Source: the human T2T-CHM13v2.0 reference genome, Homo sapiens. Taken from it: 64,000 nucleotides of DNA. How positions within the stretch are numbered: position 1 is the first letter of the stretch; every line of letters begins with the position of its first letter. Below the pieces are notes generated by a model. It was not told the origin of the DNA. It made no database searches and worked only from the letters and a program-made list of their open reading frames with translations. Location of the stretch: the NCBI RefSeq assembly GCF_009914755.1, contig NC_060929.1; one strand, given 5' to 3'. Below are positions 25,801 through 38,318 of the stretch, piece by piece. The position numbers were made by a program, and so were the translations under genes.

Positions 25801-26698
25801 GAAATATATTTATATATGTTTATACATATTTATATAGAAATATATTTTTATATGTTTATACATATTTATATAGAAATATATTTTTATATTTTTATACATA
25901 TTTATATAGAAATATATTTTTATATGTTTATACATATTTATATAGAAATATATTTTTATATATTTATACATATTTATATAGAAATATATTTTTATATATT
26001 TATACATATTTATACATATTTATATATAAATATATTTATATATATTTATACATATTTATACATATTTATATATAAATATATTTAAACATATTTATATATA
26101 AATATATTTATATATATTTATACATATTTATATATAAATATATTTATATATATCTGTATATATATATTTATATATTTATATATTTATATATATCTGTATA
26201 TATATATATATTTATATATGTTTATATATATTTGTATATATATATTTATATATTTATATATATTTGTATATATATATTTATATATTTATATATATTTATA
26301 TATTTATATATTTGTACATATATATTTATATATTTATATATATTTATATATTTTTATATTTTTATATGTTTATATATATTTATATGTATTTATATATATT
26401 TATATGTATTTATATATATTTATATGTATTTATATGTATTTCTATATTTATATGTATTTATATATATTTATATATATTTATATGTATTCATATATATTTA
26501 TATATATTTATATATATTTACATGTATTTATATGTATTCATATATATTTATATATATTTATATGTATTTATATATTTATATATATTTATATATACATTTA
26601 TATATATTTAGATATTTATATATACATTTATGTATATTTATATATATTTATATATAAATGTATATATATATATAGACATATAAATTTATATATATATA
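22776..26698. repeat. ~3.9-kb AT-rich compound micro/minisatellite
   Basis: (TA)20 at 22776-22815; 28-bp units ~22831-23215; TTTA(TA)n degenerate block to ~24870; 8 x 38-bp units 24877-25180; 23 x 34-36-bp units 25181-26004; degenerate tail to 26698. Confidence 0.99.
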
Positions 26699-27135
26699 CT
26701 TGTTTTCAGTGGGTCAGTGAGAACATAGCTGAGTCCAGCCAGTCTGACTGTGAGACACAGGAACAAAGGGCCATCCCCCACCCGCAGGTGGGAAACATGG
26801 CTCCCAGTGCACCCTGCAGGCAGCGCTGGCCACAGGGGTATGAACAGAAGATGGAAGAAGAAGGAATTTCACACACACTTCTTGCTAGCAGATCATACTC
26901 TTGCTTAATCTCATTTCTGAATACAGAGCTGTACATGCTTATTACATTCTGAGAGCTGGAATTACAAGGAAAGACCATCTTCCCATTATAATTCGGAAGA
27001 AAAGTATTTGCATAATAAAGTTGAGCAAATAGTGTGCTTTCTTAAGAAAAAAAACCTGGATTAGCTGGCATTTGGTATCCATCACTGGCTGGACCCAAGA
27101 ATAAAATGTCTGGAAACATGAAGAAAGCCAGTTAA

Positions 27136-27146
27136 ACACACACACA

Positions 27147-27179
<33 letters not shown>
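27136..27179. repeat. (CA)n microsatellite, one interruption
   Basis: Direct reading. Confidence 0.95.
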
Positions 27180-27183
<4 letters not shown>

Positions 27184-30100
27184 CCTTGGCAGCTCCAGTG
27201 TCTAATTCTGTGAATTCTGCATGTGCTCCTGGATGTGTTGATAATCCACTACTCATACTCTAAAACCAATTATACTCTAAATGGAGTCATTTTTATACCG
27301 TGAAGACAATATTTCCTTATGTGAAAAAGACTTCTATTGTAACATCATCTAGGAACCAGCATTTCCTTAAATACTTGACAACTTCACGAATTAATCCAGA
27401 CACCACCATGTGCAGGGCCTTTCTGAGGAGGGAGCCCAGAGCAAGAAGCAGAGGAGCCCAGGTGCGGGCTGGGGGCAGCACGGGGAGGGGAGGGATGTGA
27501 GCAGCGCTTCCAGACTCAAGCCTGCGGAGGACCAGGGGAGGCGATGGGACCAGACAGGGAGACCCCAGCTGCCAGCTGCCGCAGAGATGGGGTGACTATG
27601 TAGACCAAGACAAACAGGTCGGAGGCAGGGCAGTTTTGCAGAAGGGGCAGCAAGCGCACCCTTCCATTTGTGTCGCCCATGGCACTGCACCTGGCCCAGA
27701 AGACAGCCATTGAGTGTGGGTTTAAACAACGGACTCCCTGATCTGCAGGTGGCCGTGCACATCCACCAGAAACACGCTGAATGGTGAATCCTGTCTTCGC
27801 CAGCTTATCCTCTCTGCCATCTCCTTCGCTGAAAGTTTGGGGTTCGGCCGCTCCCTTCTGTGGGCTCCCTTTCTTCGTGTAGAAAATGAGAGGCTGCTCT
27901 AAGTAATGCTCAAGGCCTTCTCCAGACCTCACTGATGCCGTCCGTGAAAGCTCTTTAACCAAACACCACTCAGCACAGGGACACAAGGAAACCTCTGGTC
28001 TCAGAGCCCTGTTGGTGCAATTGTTTTAGACATATTTTAATAGAAAATTGATCTTTTGTTTTGTTTGTTTGCCTAAAGAGTCTGTTGTACTTCCCCAAAA
28101 AATTTAAAAAAATAAATAAAGACCTCAATAAACGTTAAAGCAAAATGCCTTTCATTTTTGTAATGAGTCTGAAAAAATTTTTACTATCCAATAGTCCCAG
28201 CCAGCCCTTTTTACAAGAGCATTCTCATTACCTAAATTTTATTGCCAAGAAGTGAAAAGAGAAGGAAATTGTAGATATTTAAGAAAAAATATATACTTTT
28301 AATAACATCAAGTCTTGTTTATTATTGAGATGTCAGAATTTGTAATCAAATTGTATAATCAGAGAGCTAGATACAATTTCTATAGGCCCAATTATTGCCC
28401 ATGCCTATTTTAAACATTATGAATATTCCTGGGAATTATTTTCATCCCATTGAAAAACTTTTGAGACATTAGCTCACCACAGCATTCAACCACCTGCCAA
28501 GCAGTTTATTAGTCTCTCTAACCACCCAAAGTAATCCTCAAGGTTCCTTTTGAGTAAAATTCCCGGCATTGAATGATAGAAAATATTATTAAGCTGCTTT
28601 AAGAGAATAGTCAAGGTAGAACTGTAGAAAAACAGACTGGCCGAGCCTTGCAGAACACAGGGAAAAGAAGGGAAATAAACAGGCAGCTAGGCACTGTGGT
28701 GGGGATGTAAGTGATTTAATTTCATGTACAACACACCCTGGACCTAGGCAGTGACCAATGTCTATTTTTCCCGGGACTCCACTGAGGCTCAGGGAGGGTG
28801 GATCCTTGCACAGAACCACACAGCGGGTGAGGAGAAGGACCTGGATTGCAGCGTCATCTGCCCTACTTGGTATGAGTGTAGAGCGCTCTGAACCACAGCC
28901 ACTTCTTCTGTGAGCACGTTTAATTGGTCTTTCATTCTAGCCAAGCCTGCGGAGGCAAGTGTGTGTCTGTAGAGTTGCAGCAGCAAAGATCTCAGCATTT
29001 TGTACAGTGAGCCATGAGGTCCTCAACTCTAACTTCTGCTTTTGTTCGAGCATATTGTCAGTGGGTGTATTCTGGTTGCTCCCATTATCCTGAACTACAG
29101 ACCCTGAAATTAAGTTCTCCTCTATGGCAATAGACTGCGTATTGCTGGCTGATTCAAATAAAAGAACTTAATTAATTCAATCTTCTTGGATTTTGGTGTT
29201 ATTTGTGAAGATGGTAAAAGAATGACTCTCTCATGGATTTCAGCGTCCTCGTTTTTTCCTCTTCGTCCAAGTTGTCAAAGCCTCAGTAGCCCATAGCCCC
29301 ACCCAAAACTGGTCACAAATCTAGACTAACAAGGGTGCAGTTTTCTTTGTGTGTGTGTTTTTTTAAAATTTATACTTATAAATGTGATTAAATAACCAAA
29401 CTCATTACAGTCTAAATGCCCTGAAAAAGTCTTTGTTCATACATTGAGTAATGATTTCTAGTATGGTCTTACCCTTAAAAGTCTTTAATCTTTACACGTG
29501 GGGTTGACTAGATGTTCAACAATTCCACTCAAAATCTAACAGGTGATTTGACTTTATTCAGAACAGTTTGCATTCAGATTCGATGTCAGTCTAAACTCTA
29601 TAATAGAGGCTGATACACCAGTTATCCAGTTGACTATCACAACATAGCCAGGAGACATTGAAAACTAAGACGGATAAGTTAAATTCTGCTAAAAGGAAGG
29701 TGGTATCGTTTCCATGTTTTATCCAAGTTGTTTTGTTTCTCACAGGTGAGTAGAAATGAAGATAGGCAAGAACTGAATCTTCAAAGAACATTAACAAGCC
29801 ACTGCTTGTTTGCACCCGTCCTGGCTCCATGCAATTTACTTTAATGCATGGCACTAAACCACATCATGCCCATCAGAGTGCCTGCGACACAGGACGTAAT
29901 CAATAGGAAGCTGTCAGCAAATGCTGCTGAAGAGTGAGTGACACATGGTGATCCTTGGGAGTAAGTGATATTCCTACTTCTTCCGTATTTTACAGATGAG
30001 AGTGAGACTCAGATGTGAGTGAATGAAGACCATGACTTCTTTTATGGCTTGAAAGAAATCAGTAACCCCGTGTCAGAACCTTAGAATCTTATGTAACTCA

Positions 30101-31010
30101 ACTGCTCATTGAGGCTATTGTCACAGGTTCTCCATGTCTAAAGAGAATCAGATTAATCTTCAGCCTTGAAGGGTCCTAGTTTTCTCTAAAGTTGCTCTGG
30201 AGTTGTGGTTTCAGAGGTGCTTATGTGTGTGTAAGTGCTTCAGTTTTTGCACAAAACTTTTGCAGATATATATATACACATACACATATACATATATAAT
30301 ATGCAGATGTCCAATAACAAAATTGATTATAAAAGAAGAGGGAGAAAAAACAGAAAGAGGAGGAGGAAAACGACAGAAAGAAGGGAAAGGAGAAAAAGAA
30401 TTAAAAAAAAAAAGAGAAAGGAGGGGGAAGGGCGAGCAGGACTTTTGCTTTCTGCTACAGTGGTGGGTGGAACCCAGAGCCATTGCCCTAGAATCCTCCT
30501 GCCTGTTTAAGCCCTCACTGCAGTCACTCCCCAGCCTTCCAGAGACCTCAAAGGGCCAGTTCTTCACTGCAGTTTAAACCTGCTCCTCCAGCATTCTGAA
30601 ATGCAGAAAGGTCTCTTCTTTGTACCCTGTGCTGCCTTGATCCCATGTGACACGTCTAATCATTTAATGACAACATGGAAAAAGGAATGCATTCTCCTCC
30701 TGCCCCTACCCTTCCAGGAGCCACAGTGGTACCCACTGGACTAGAAACAAAAGCCAAAAATATAAAAATGAAAATGAGAACAAGTGGCCAGATTAATTGC
30801 CAACTTACAATCAAAACATTTATTTAGAAACCTAAGGACTTTAGAAAATTCCTTTTGCTATAATAACAGCAGTAGTGATCCAATGCTACTAATGGTTCTA
30901 ATTACATTGTAACTGCCTGTCCACTTTTTAAACGTATTGTAATTGCTTTTTTAGCTAAAAGACTTTTAATCTTATTACTCTTAAAATATTTATGTGTGGT
31001 GTGTATATAA

Positions 31011-31355
<345 letters not shown>

Positions 31356-31358
31356 TGA

Positions 31359-31676
<318 letters not shown>

Positions 31677-32794
31677 AGTCTTTTTTTTTTTTTTAAGGAA
31701 TTTTTTAGGTGCTGAAGGTCTTGAAATAAGCCGCCTGTTTGGCAATGGGTTCACTGGTCTCTCTGAAGACTCACAGCGGGTGGCATTCCCTGGCTCTGTG
31801 AGGTACGTGTCATTTTCCCCCAGCATTGCTAAGGCCATCCTCCTCTGAAAACTGTGCAAACCTCTGATAAATCAGTAAAAATTATCTGCTCTTTTGTATT
31901 TTTTTAAGATCAGCATTTGGTTGCCACATTTTGAAAGAAAAATGCTGATTGCAGCAAGTCTTATGCAAATTTTCCTATGTTTAAAGCCTTGAAAGGAGAG
32001 GACGTAACACATCTCATGGATACTCTGCTTTAAGTTATTAAATATCACATTGAGTGCTTCTACTTCATCGGGGCAAAATAGTCTGAATGGGGAAGATGCA
32101 CTTAATCTACAAAGCGTTGATAAATATTGCAGGAATTTTAAATAGTCATTCATTTCAGTCGCTCCCCCACCCAAAGTCAATCTCAAAGTTCATTAGGAAT
32201 CTCAAAGCCTTCTGAAAATCACTCAAGCTTTAATTTATGTTTCAAATGTATTCTGTGGTGATAACAACATGGAAGAGGAGATGTGTTGAGAATATAACAT
32301 AACATAACATAATAATATAGCTTCATCTGTTGTCACTGTTTGTTTTCCCTTTAAGAGGAGCAGAGTCATCCTATTGGTAGAGAAACCAGGCTTCATGTGT
32401 CTTTGGTTGTACATTCAAAAATACTTAGGGTAACCTGGCTTGACTGGCCCCTTTAAGAGGTGGACTGCCTCCCACTGTGAAGGGCGGGACACATCCCAGG
32501 ACTGGACGGTGGGATGCGCTTCCGCGTCAGAGGAGCTCCTCTTGGTCTCAGTCTCCGGGGATCTGTGTGGGCCTGAGCCTCACTCATTCCACTCTTTCCC
32601 CACCCCCGGCACAACTCCCAGGCCCCAGGTGGTCTGCTTCATTCTGCTTTGTGAAGGGGACCTTCAGAGTTTTACTTTAAGAAAGTGATGACAACATTTC
32701 AGACCTGTAACAGTGTTTATGGCACTGTTCATGCCATACCAGTGATAGGGATTTAAGCCATCTATTGCCATTTTAAATAATATCCTTCCGTCAA

Positions 32795-32832
32795 TGCGCG
32801 TGCACGCACACACACACACACACACACACACC
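32795..32832. repeat. (GC/AC)n alternating purine-pyrimidine microsatellite
   Basis: tgcgcgtgcacgcacacacacacacacacacacac. Confidence 0.9.
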
Positions 32833-35678
32833 ATGCTACAGCTACATCCATATCTACAGCCACAGTTACATCTGTATCTGTGGTTTCCTGCTTACATTTG
32901 AATGCTGCCAAAATGTTTCCTTGTTCATAGGAACAAATAGAAAATAGCACCAAAAAAAGTTCCCCATGTTTGTAAATTAGCAGAAAGGGACCAGCTGTCA
33001 GGCTGGCAGGATTCAGAATTCTGATTAGCTGTGAAGCAGCACCTCCATCACTCTGCAACTGGGTTGGAAACAGACAAATAGCAATGTGTCTTTCAGTTTC
33101 TCTTTTGTTGTGAGTACATGGCCAACTTGGACAATTAATAATCTGAAGGATAAGGGGCTTGTATTATACCTTCATTTCTCTCTCTCTCTCTCTCTGTGGG
33201 TGTGTATGTTTGTGTGTGTTTCTGTGACAGGGACAAAGAACGAATTACAAAAAAGAAAACAGTGACAAACTCTTGGTTTGAATCAGAGTTTGATTAAATA
33301 AACTTGATTTCCATACTAATGACTGTTATAAAAAGTAGATTTTATACTTTATAAAAAGAGATTCCATACTCTTGAAGCCACCAGGTCAAAACGCCCAGGA
33401 GAGAATGCCAGGCACTAAAGTGTGTGGGCTGGTGATGTTGGCAGGTCCCTGTGTCAATGTGCCCTGGGGCTTGTCCAGGAGCTGTCACCCCCCCATGGGT
33501 CATGAGGCACCTGGGTGTTGGGGGGATTGAACGTCCACATCAACGAATGAGAAATCAGCACAGATGAAGTTGCAGAGAGGGAAGAGAAAAATAAGAAATG
33601 CCAGATAATGTTTTCTACATGATTTGACTGAACTTTGCTTTCTCTTGTCCAACTCTTGTTTATCATAGGAAAGATGCTCAACTATGAATGGGGCTGCCTG
33701 CCATAAACATGACCCTTCACCCCTGCAAAGAGAGCTTTCATTATATATTTCTGCAGCTGAGTTCTTCAGGGAAAATAGAAGGCATCTGGCAGCTGACCCA
33801 GAGCAACAAAGTTCCTCTACTGTCAGTTTCAGCCCCGTCCCTCTTAAAACTAAAATTTACCTTGAGCCTCTGCTGCTTCTGCCCTTGCTTTCATCATAGG
33901 GGGAGTTGGACCTGTCAGTGGGCGCAGATGGAAGGCCCTACTTGAGTTGGAGAGCATGCAGGTTCTGCAGACGCATTGTCTACAGCCCTATTGAAAATTA
34001 CCTTTGTCCAGTAACAGTCAGATGGAGCAAACTGGTTTTATTTATTTATTTATTTATTTCCTACTCATTGGAAGGAAAAGGGACGATGGGGCTGGGAGGA
34101 GGGAGGGAAAGGGTGGCAAGGTTTATGCTGCTTCATTTCTCTGAAACAATGGTCTGTACTGATATTGTCTACAGGGTAGAAGACGGGCTGTCGAGTAAAG
34201 CAAGACAAATGTGATGTCCTGACTGATTATTCCTTAGATACTAAGTCAGTGAGCTGATTATCACTGCAATTACATTACCAGTGTCAACAGATGCCGCGTG
34301 TAGGCAACGAGTTAACAATTAAGTGGGCTCCTGGCCCTGAGACCTCACTCCACAGCAAAGCCTGTGTAAACTCTTCCACTTTAGATACCTGCATGGACGA
34401 ATCTGATGCCTGAAAACAGAGGAAGGTGTTTCCTGACCACGGTGTAGCTGACAGACAGGCTTCTCTGCTTTCAGGGCGGGGATCTCCCCTTCAGATGAGG
34501 CGATTCTGCACTCCAAGATCTGACTTTATTGACATCTGTAAATTAATTGAGTTACAAAATAAGAAGGTAAATGTGGCCACATGCAAATGCGCATACTCAT
34601 TCTTCCAGAAAAAAGTCACATGATGATGACCATTTGCGTTTTTGAATAAAATGGTGTTTCTTATTTCTTTAAGAAGCTTCCATACCAGCAGAACACATTT
34701 CCCAACAAGGGATAGTGAGTTTCACTGTGAGTGTGTGTTTCTGGATAAAACACAATGCTCTCCCTAGAAGGCCCTTGAGGGCTGTTTGCTCCCAGCTAAC
34801 AATGCTGGGGTGGGGGTGGTCCCGCTCCTTGCTGTCAGAAGCCACATGCGCTCGCCCTGGCTCCTCTCCCTGGGTCTGCTGGGCAGCGTGCACTTGGTAT
34901 AGAAAGAAAATGAGTGCAGCATCTCTTCTTTCCTCATGCTCTCCCCTACCAGATGCAAGAGGCACTGTGGGAGGAGAGGGAAGTTGCATGTTCTGGGTTT
35001 TCAGACACAAGCATTTAGTCACATGAATTCGCTTCAAAAAAAATTAAAAAGTCAAATACAAAGATCGTCACACTTTTTTTCCCATTACCACATCAAGGGC
35101 GGTATCTCTCACATGTGTGATATAAAAACAAGTGGGCAATACATCCGCAATGGCTTCCCAGGCCCAGCTCACAAGGTCTCTTTCAATGCTAATTAGCCCT
35201 GATGGTGAAGACAATGTGGGCCCAGGAATTGTTTTTGACTATTCATTAGGTTCTTTGCAACCAATTCAAAACATGTGAACGGTGATTCCAAAGTAGCCCG
35301 AGGACGGCTGAGGATGGATCCAGCCGAGGAACCAAGTGGAGCCAGTAGATGCCTGTGGCTGTGCAGATGTGCGGTCTCCCCGGGGCCTCAGCGGCCCGCA
35401 GAGGGTCTTCGAACACGACGACATTGCTGAAGTTTCGAAGAATGATTTTTCTTCCGGAAAACAGCAGTACAACCTTCAAAAGAGAATTTCATTTTTTTTT
35501 TAATTCTTCTCCAAGCTTCTGGGTCAGCGACAAGTGGCTCTGACGAATATTTTAAGATGTTTATTGTTTATCTGGATTGATTTCAGTGATGAGTCAGAAG
35601 CATAGTGGGGAGGAGAAGAAATGGAATGATACAAGTGAGGAATGAGAGAGAAACTTATTTTCTTATGCATATTATATA

Positions 35679-35700
35679 CGTGTGTGTGTGTGTGTGTGTG
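35679..35700. repeat. (TG)n microsatellite
   Basis: Direct reading. Confidence 0.9.
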
Positions 35701-36371
35701 CTGTAGATTCATATGGATAATTGAAACTCACTATTAAAGTTAGATTAATATATTAGACACAAAGTAGATACCAGTTCCAAAGGAAAGCAGCCTGTCATGC
35801 TCTACTTATAAAAACAAACATACAAACAAGCCAGAGGACTGGTCTCGTTTCTTCTTTTAGTTAAATTTACATCATAGACTCTAATGAAAGTGAACAGCTT
35901 ATCAGTTGAAGCATCCTAAACATTCTCCCCACATAAGACTTGCATAGTTTCTGAATCCTAATGCCATCCGTGCATAATTTTAAATTAGAATTATTTTATT
36001 GCTAACAAATTTGAATTTGAAGAATTCAAAAGACTCCAGCTTATCAATATTTTCTGAACCTTATTTTAGAAATCGTAGACTCCAGACATAATTTTAACCA
36101 CGTAGATGCATGGGCAGCAAGCGTGAAACATTTGCAGTGCAAGTCTTTATTCTAAAAGAGACATACTGGCTCTGAGCAGATGGAAAACAAGTAGTCAGAG
36201 TGCTAGAAATGAAGATGAAGATGCAGATGAAAACAGATGCAAAAGGTCACGGCAAGGAAGGGGCGGAGAACTGAAACCCTTCGCTTAATCTACCTCAAGA
36301 GTGTGAAAAGATGTCATGAAGCCAGAAAATGGTCCAATGGTCAGTTAGGCACCCAAATTGTAGAGGGTGAT

Positions 36372-36865
36372 TGTGACATTGTGATATAATAAGAAATATA
36401 TATTTGGTCTCTGTCTCTGGTTCCTGGCACACAGCTCCTGAAACCCTTGGAATCCCTCCAGTGATAAGAGCGTCTTTTGTATACTAACAAGGTGACTGGT
36501 GGCTAAAGTCCCCTAGAGAGCTTCAGGGTAGGCAAGTCACCAAAAAGACCAAGGCATGTGAGAGGGTTGAAAGTTTCAACCCATCTCTCTCCACCCCCTG
36601 GGAGAGGAGAGGAAAGCTGAGTTAAACATCAGTGGCCAATGTCATCATCAACCATACCTATGGAATGAAGCCTCCATAAAACCCAAGGACAGGGCTCAAG
36701 GAACTTCTGGATTGCTGAACACATGAAGGTGTCTGGTGGGGGCTGTGCCCAGAGAAGGCATGGAAGCTCCGTGCCCTCTTCCTCATACCTTTCCCTGTGC
36801 ATCTCTTTCATCTGGCTGTTCATCTGTATCCTTTGTAATATCTTTTATAGTAAATGAGTAAACAT
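36372..36865 (+). mobile_element. MER21-family LTR, 3'-truncated
   Basis: tgtgacattgtgatataataagaaatatatatttggtctctg...ggttcctggcacacagctcc...ggcatggaagctccgtgccc...ctgttcatctgtatcctttgtaatatc. Confidence 0.85.
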
Positions 36866-37059
36866 GAAAAATACAGACACAAGACAGCAGTCACCCCTCC
36901 TGGAGCTGAAGAAAGCCTGTGTAAAAGCCAGCTTGTCGTCCTCTACAAGGAGAAGAGATGGACAGAGACAAGAAGAGTGCTTCCCTCCACTAATATTTGG
37001 GTGGCAAATTCAGGAGGGTGCCACACCATCCCAGCTGAGAGCTGATCAAGTTTTTGATG

Positions 37060-37232
37060 ATGAGAGCTGATTGGTAAATGTTTGGGAATTCGCAAGACTG
37101 TTGTTAAACCACTGGCAGCTTGAAATCAACCATGAAAGGGGGGTTTACACCAGAGAAATTGGTGGACACTGCCCTTTAGACCCCTGCAGCCTGCACACCC
37201 AGGAGAATTGGTTTACAATCTCACCACAGCAT
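37060..37232. mobile_element. hAT-Blackjack-like MITE (MER63/MER81-like)
   Basis: gagagctgattggtaaatgtt...gttgttaaaccactggcagcttgaaatcaaccatg...tttacaccagagaaattgg...ggagaattggttta. Confidence 0.55.
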
Positions 37233-37294
37233 GTTCTCTGAGCACTGATGGCTAAAATGATCACTGTATATGCCTGAGGCTTTTCTTTTGGAAG

Positions 37295-37296
<2 letters not shown>

Positions 37297-37331
<35 letters not shown>
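37297..37331. repeat. (CA)n microsatellite
   Basis: Direct reading. Confidence 0.95.
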
Positions 37332-37335
<4 letters not shown>

Positions 37336-37847
37336 TGTTTTGATTTGGCTTTGTCTGAATTTTGGAACTGATATCTACACTTAAAACCAATTCAACATCT
37401 AGAGGGAGCTGATACAGCAGTGAGAGTGCTGATCAGTGGGAGAAGCCGTAATGTGAGGCAGTTGTCTGTGGCAGCTGCCAGGTGGAGAGGTGGGCTCTGG
37501 TGTGTGCATTCGGCACCGTGTTGCCTGTTTCTGTTTGGAGTAAGAGAGACAGGTGTCCTGCCTCTGCAGAAGACCAAAATGTGATGCAGTTTTCCAGACT
37601 CAGAGTGGAAAGGAAGATTAGGTGGGCCTTACACACAGAATCCGAGCTATTTAGCTTTACTGTTCAGCTCAGCTCATCATTCAAGGGAAGAAAAATTTGG
37701 TCAGGGACTGGCCAGGGCTCCTTACCATTTTGTACCTTGTGTACCTGAACAGGGACAAACCCCACACACCCCCACACCTAGGAAAAGTACACATAGGGGT
37801 AGCTTCTGCAGTAGTTTTTAAATTCTACTGATCATAAGAAATTCCTA

Positions 37848-38318
<471 letters not shown>

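Noticed and set aside
24877-26004. CRISPR-like 36-38-bp periodicity
   Set aside because: Head-to-tail units without unique spacers, in eukaryotic DNA.
22776-26698. Identification as FRA10B, FRA16B or a PATRR
   Set aside because: Unit lengths and sequences differ from those I recall for these sites, and the array is not one long palindrome; only an analogy is supportable.
22873-26952. Very long ORFs (654, 360, 318, 244 aa) of I/Y/F/L
   Set aside because: Artefacts of the stop-poor AT array; no promoter, domain or codon structure.
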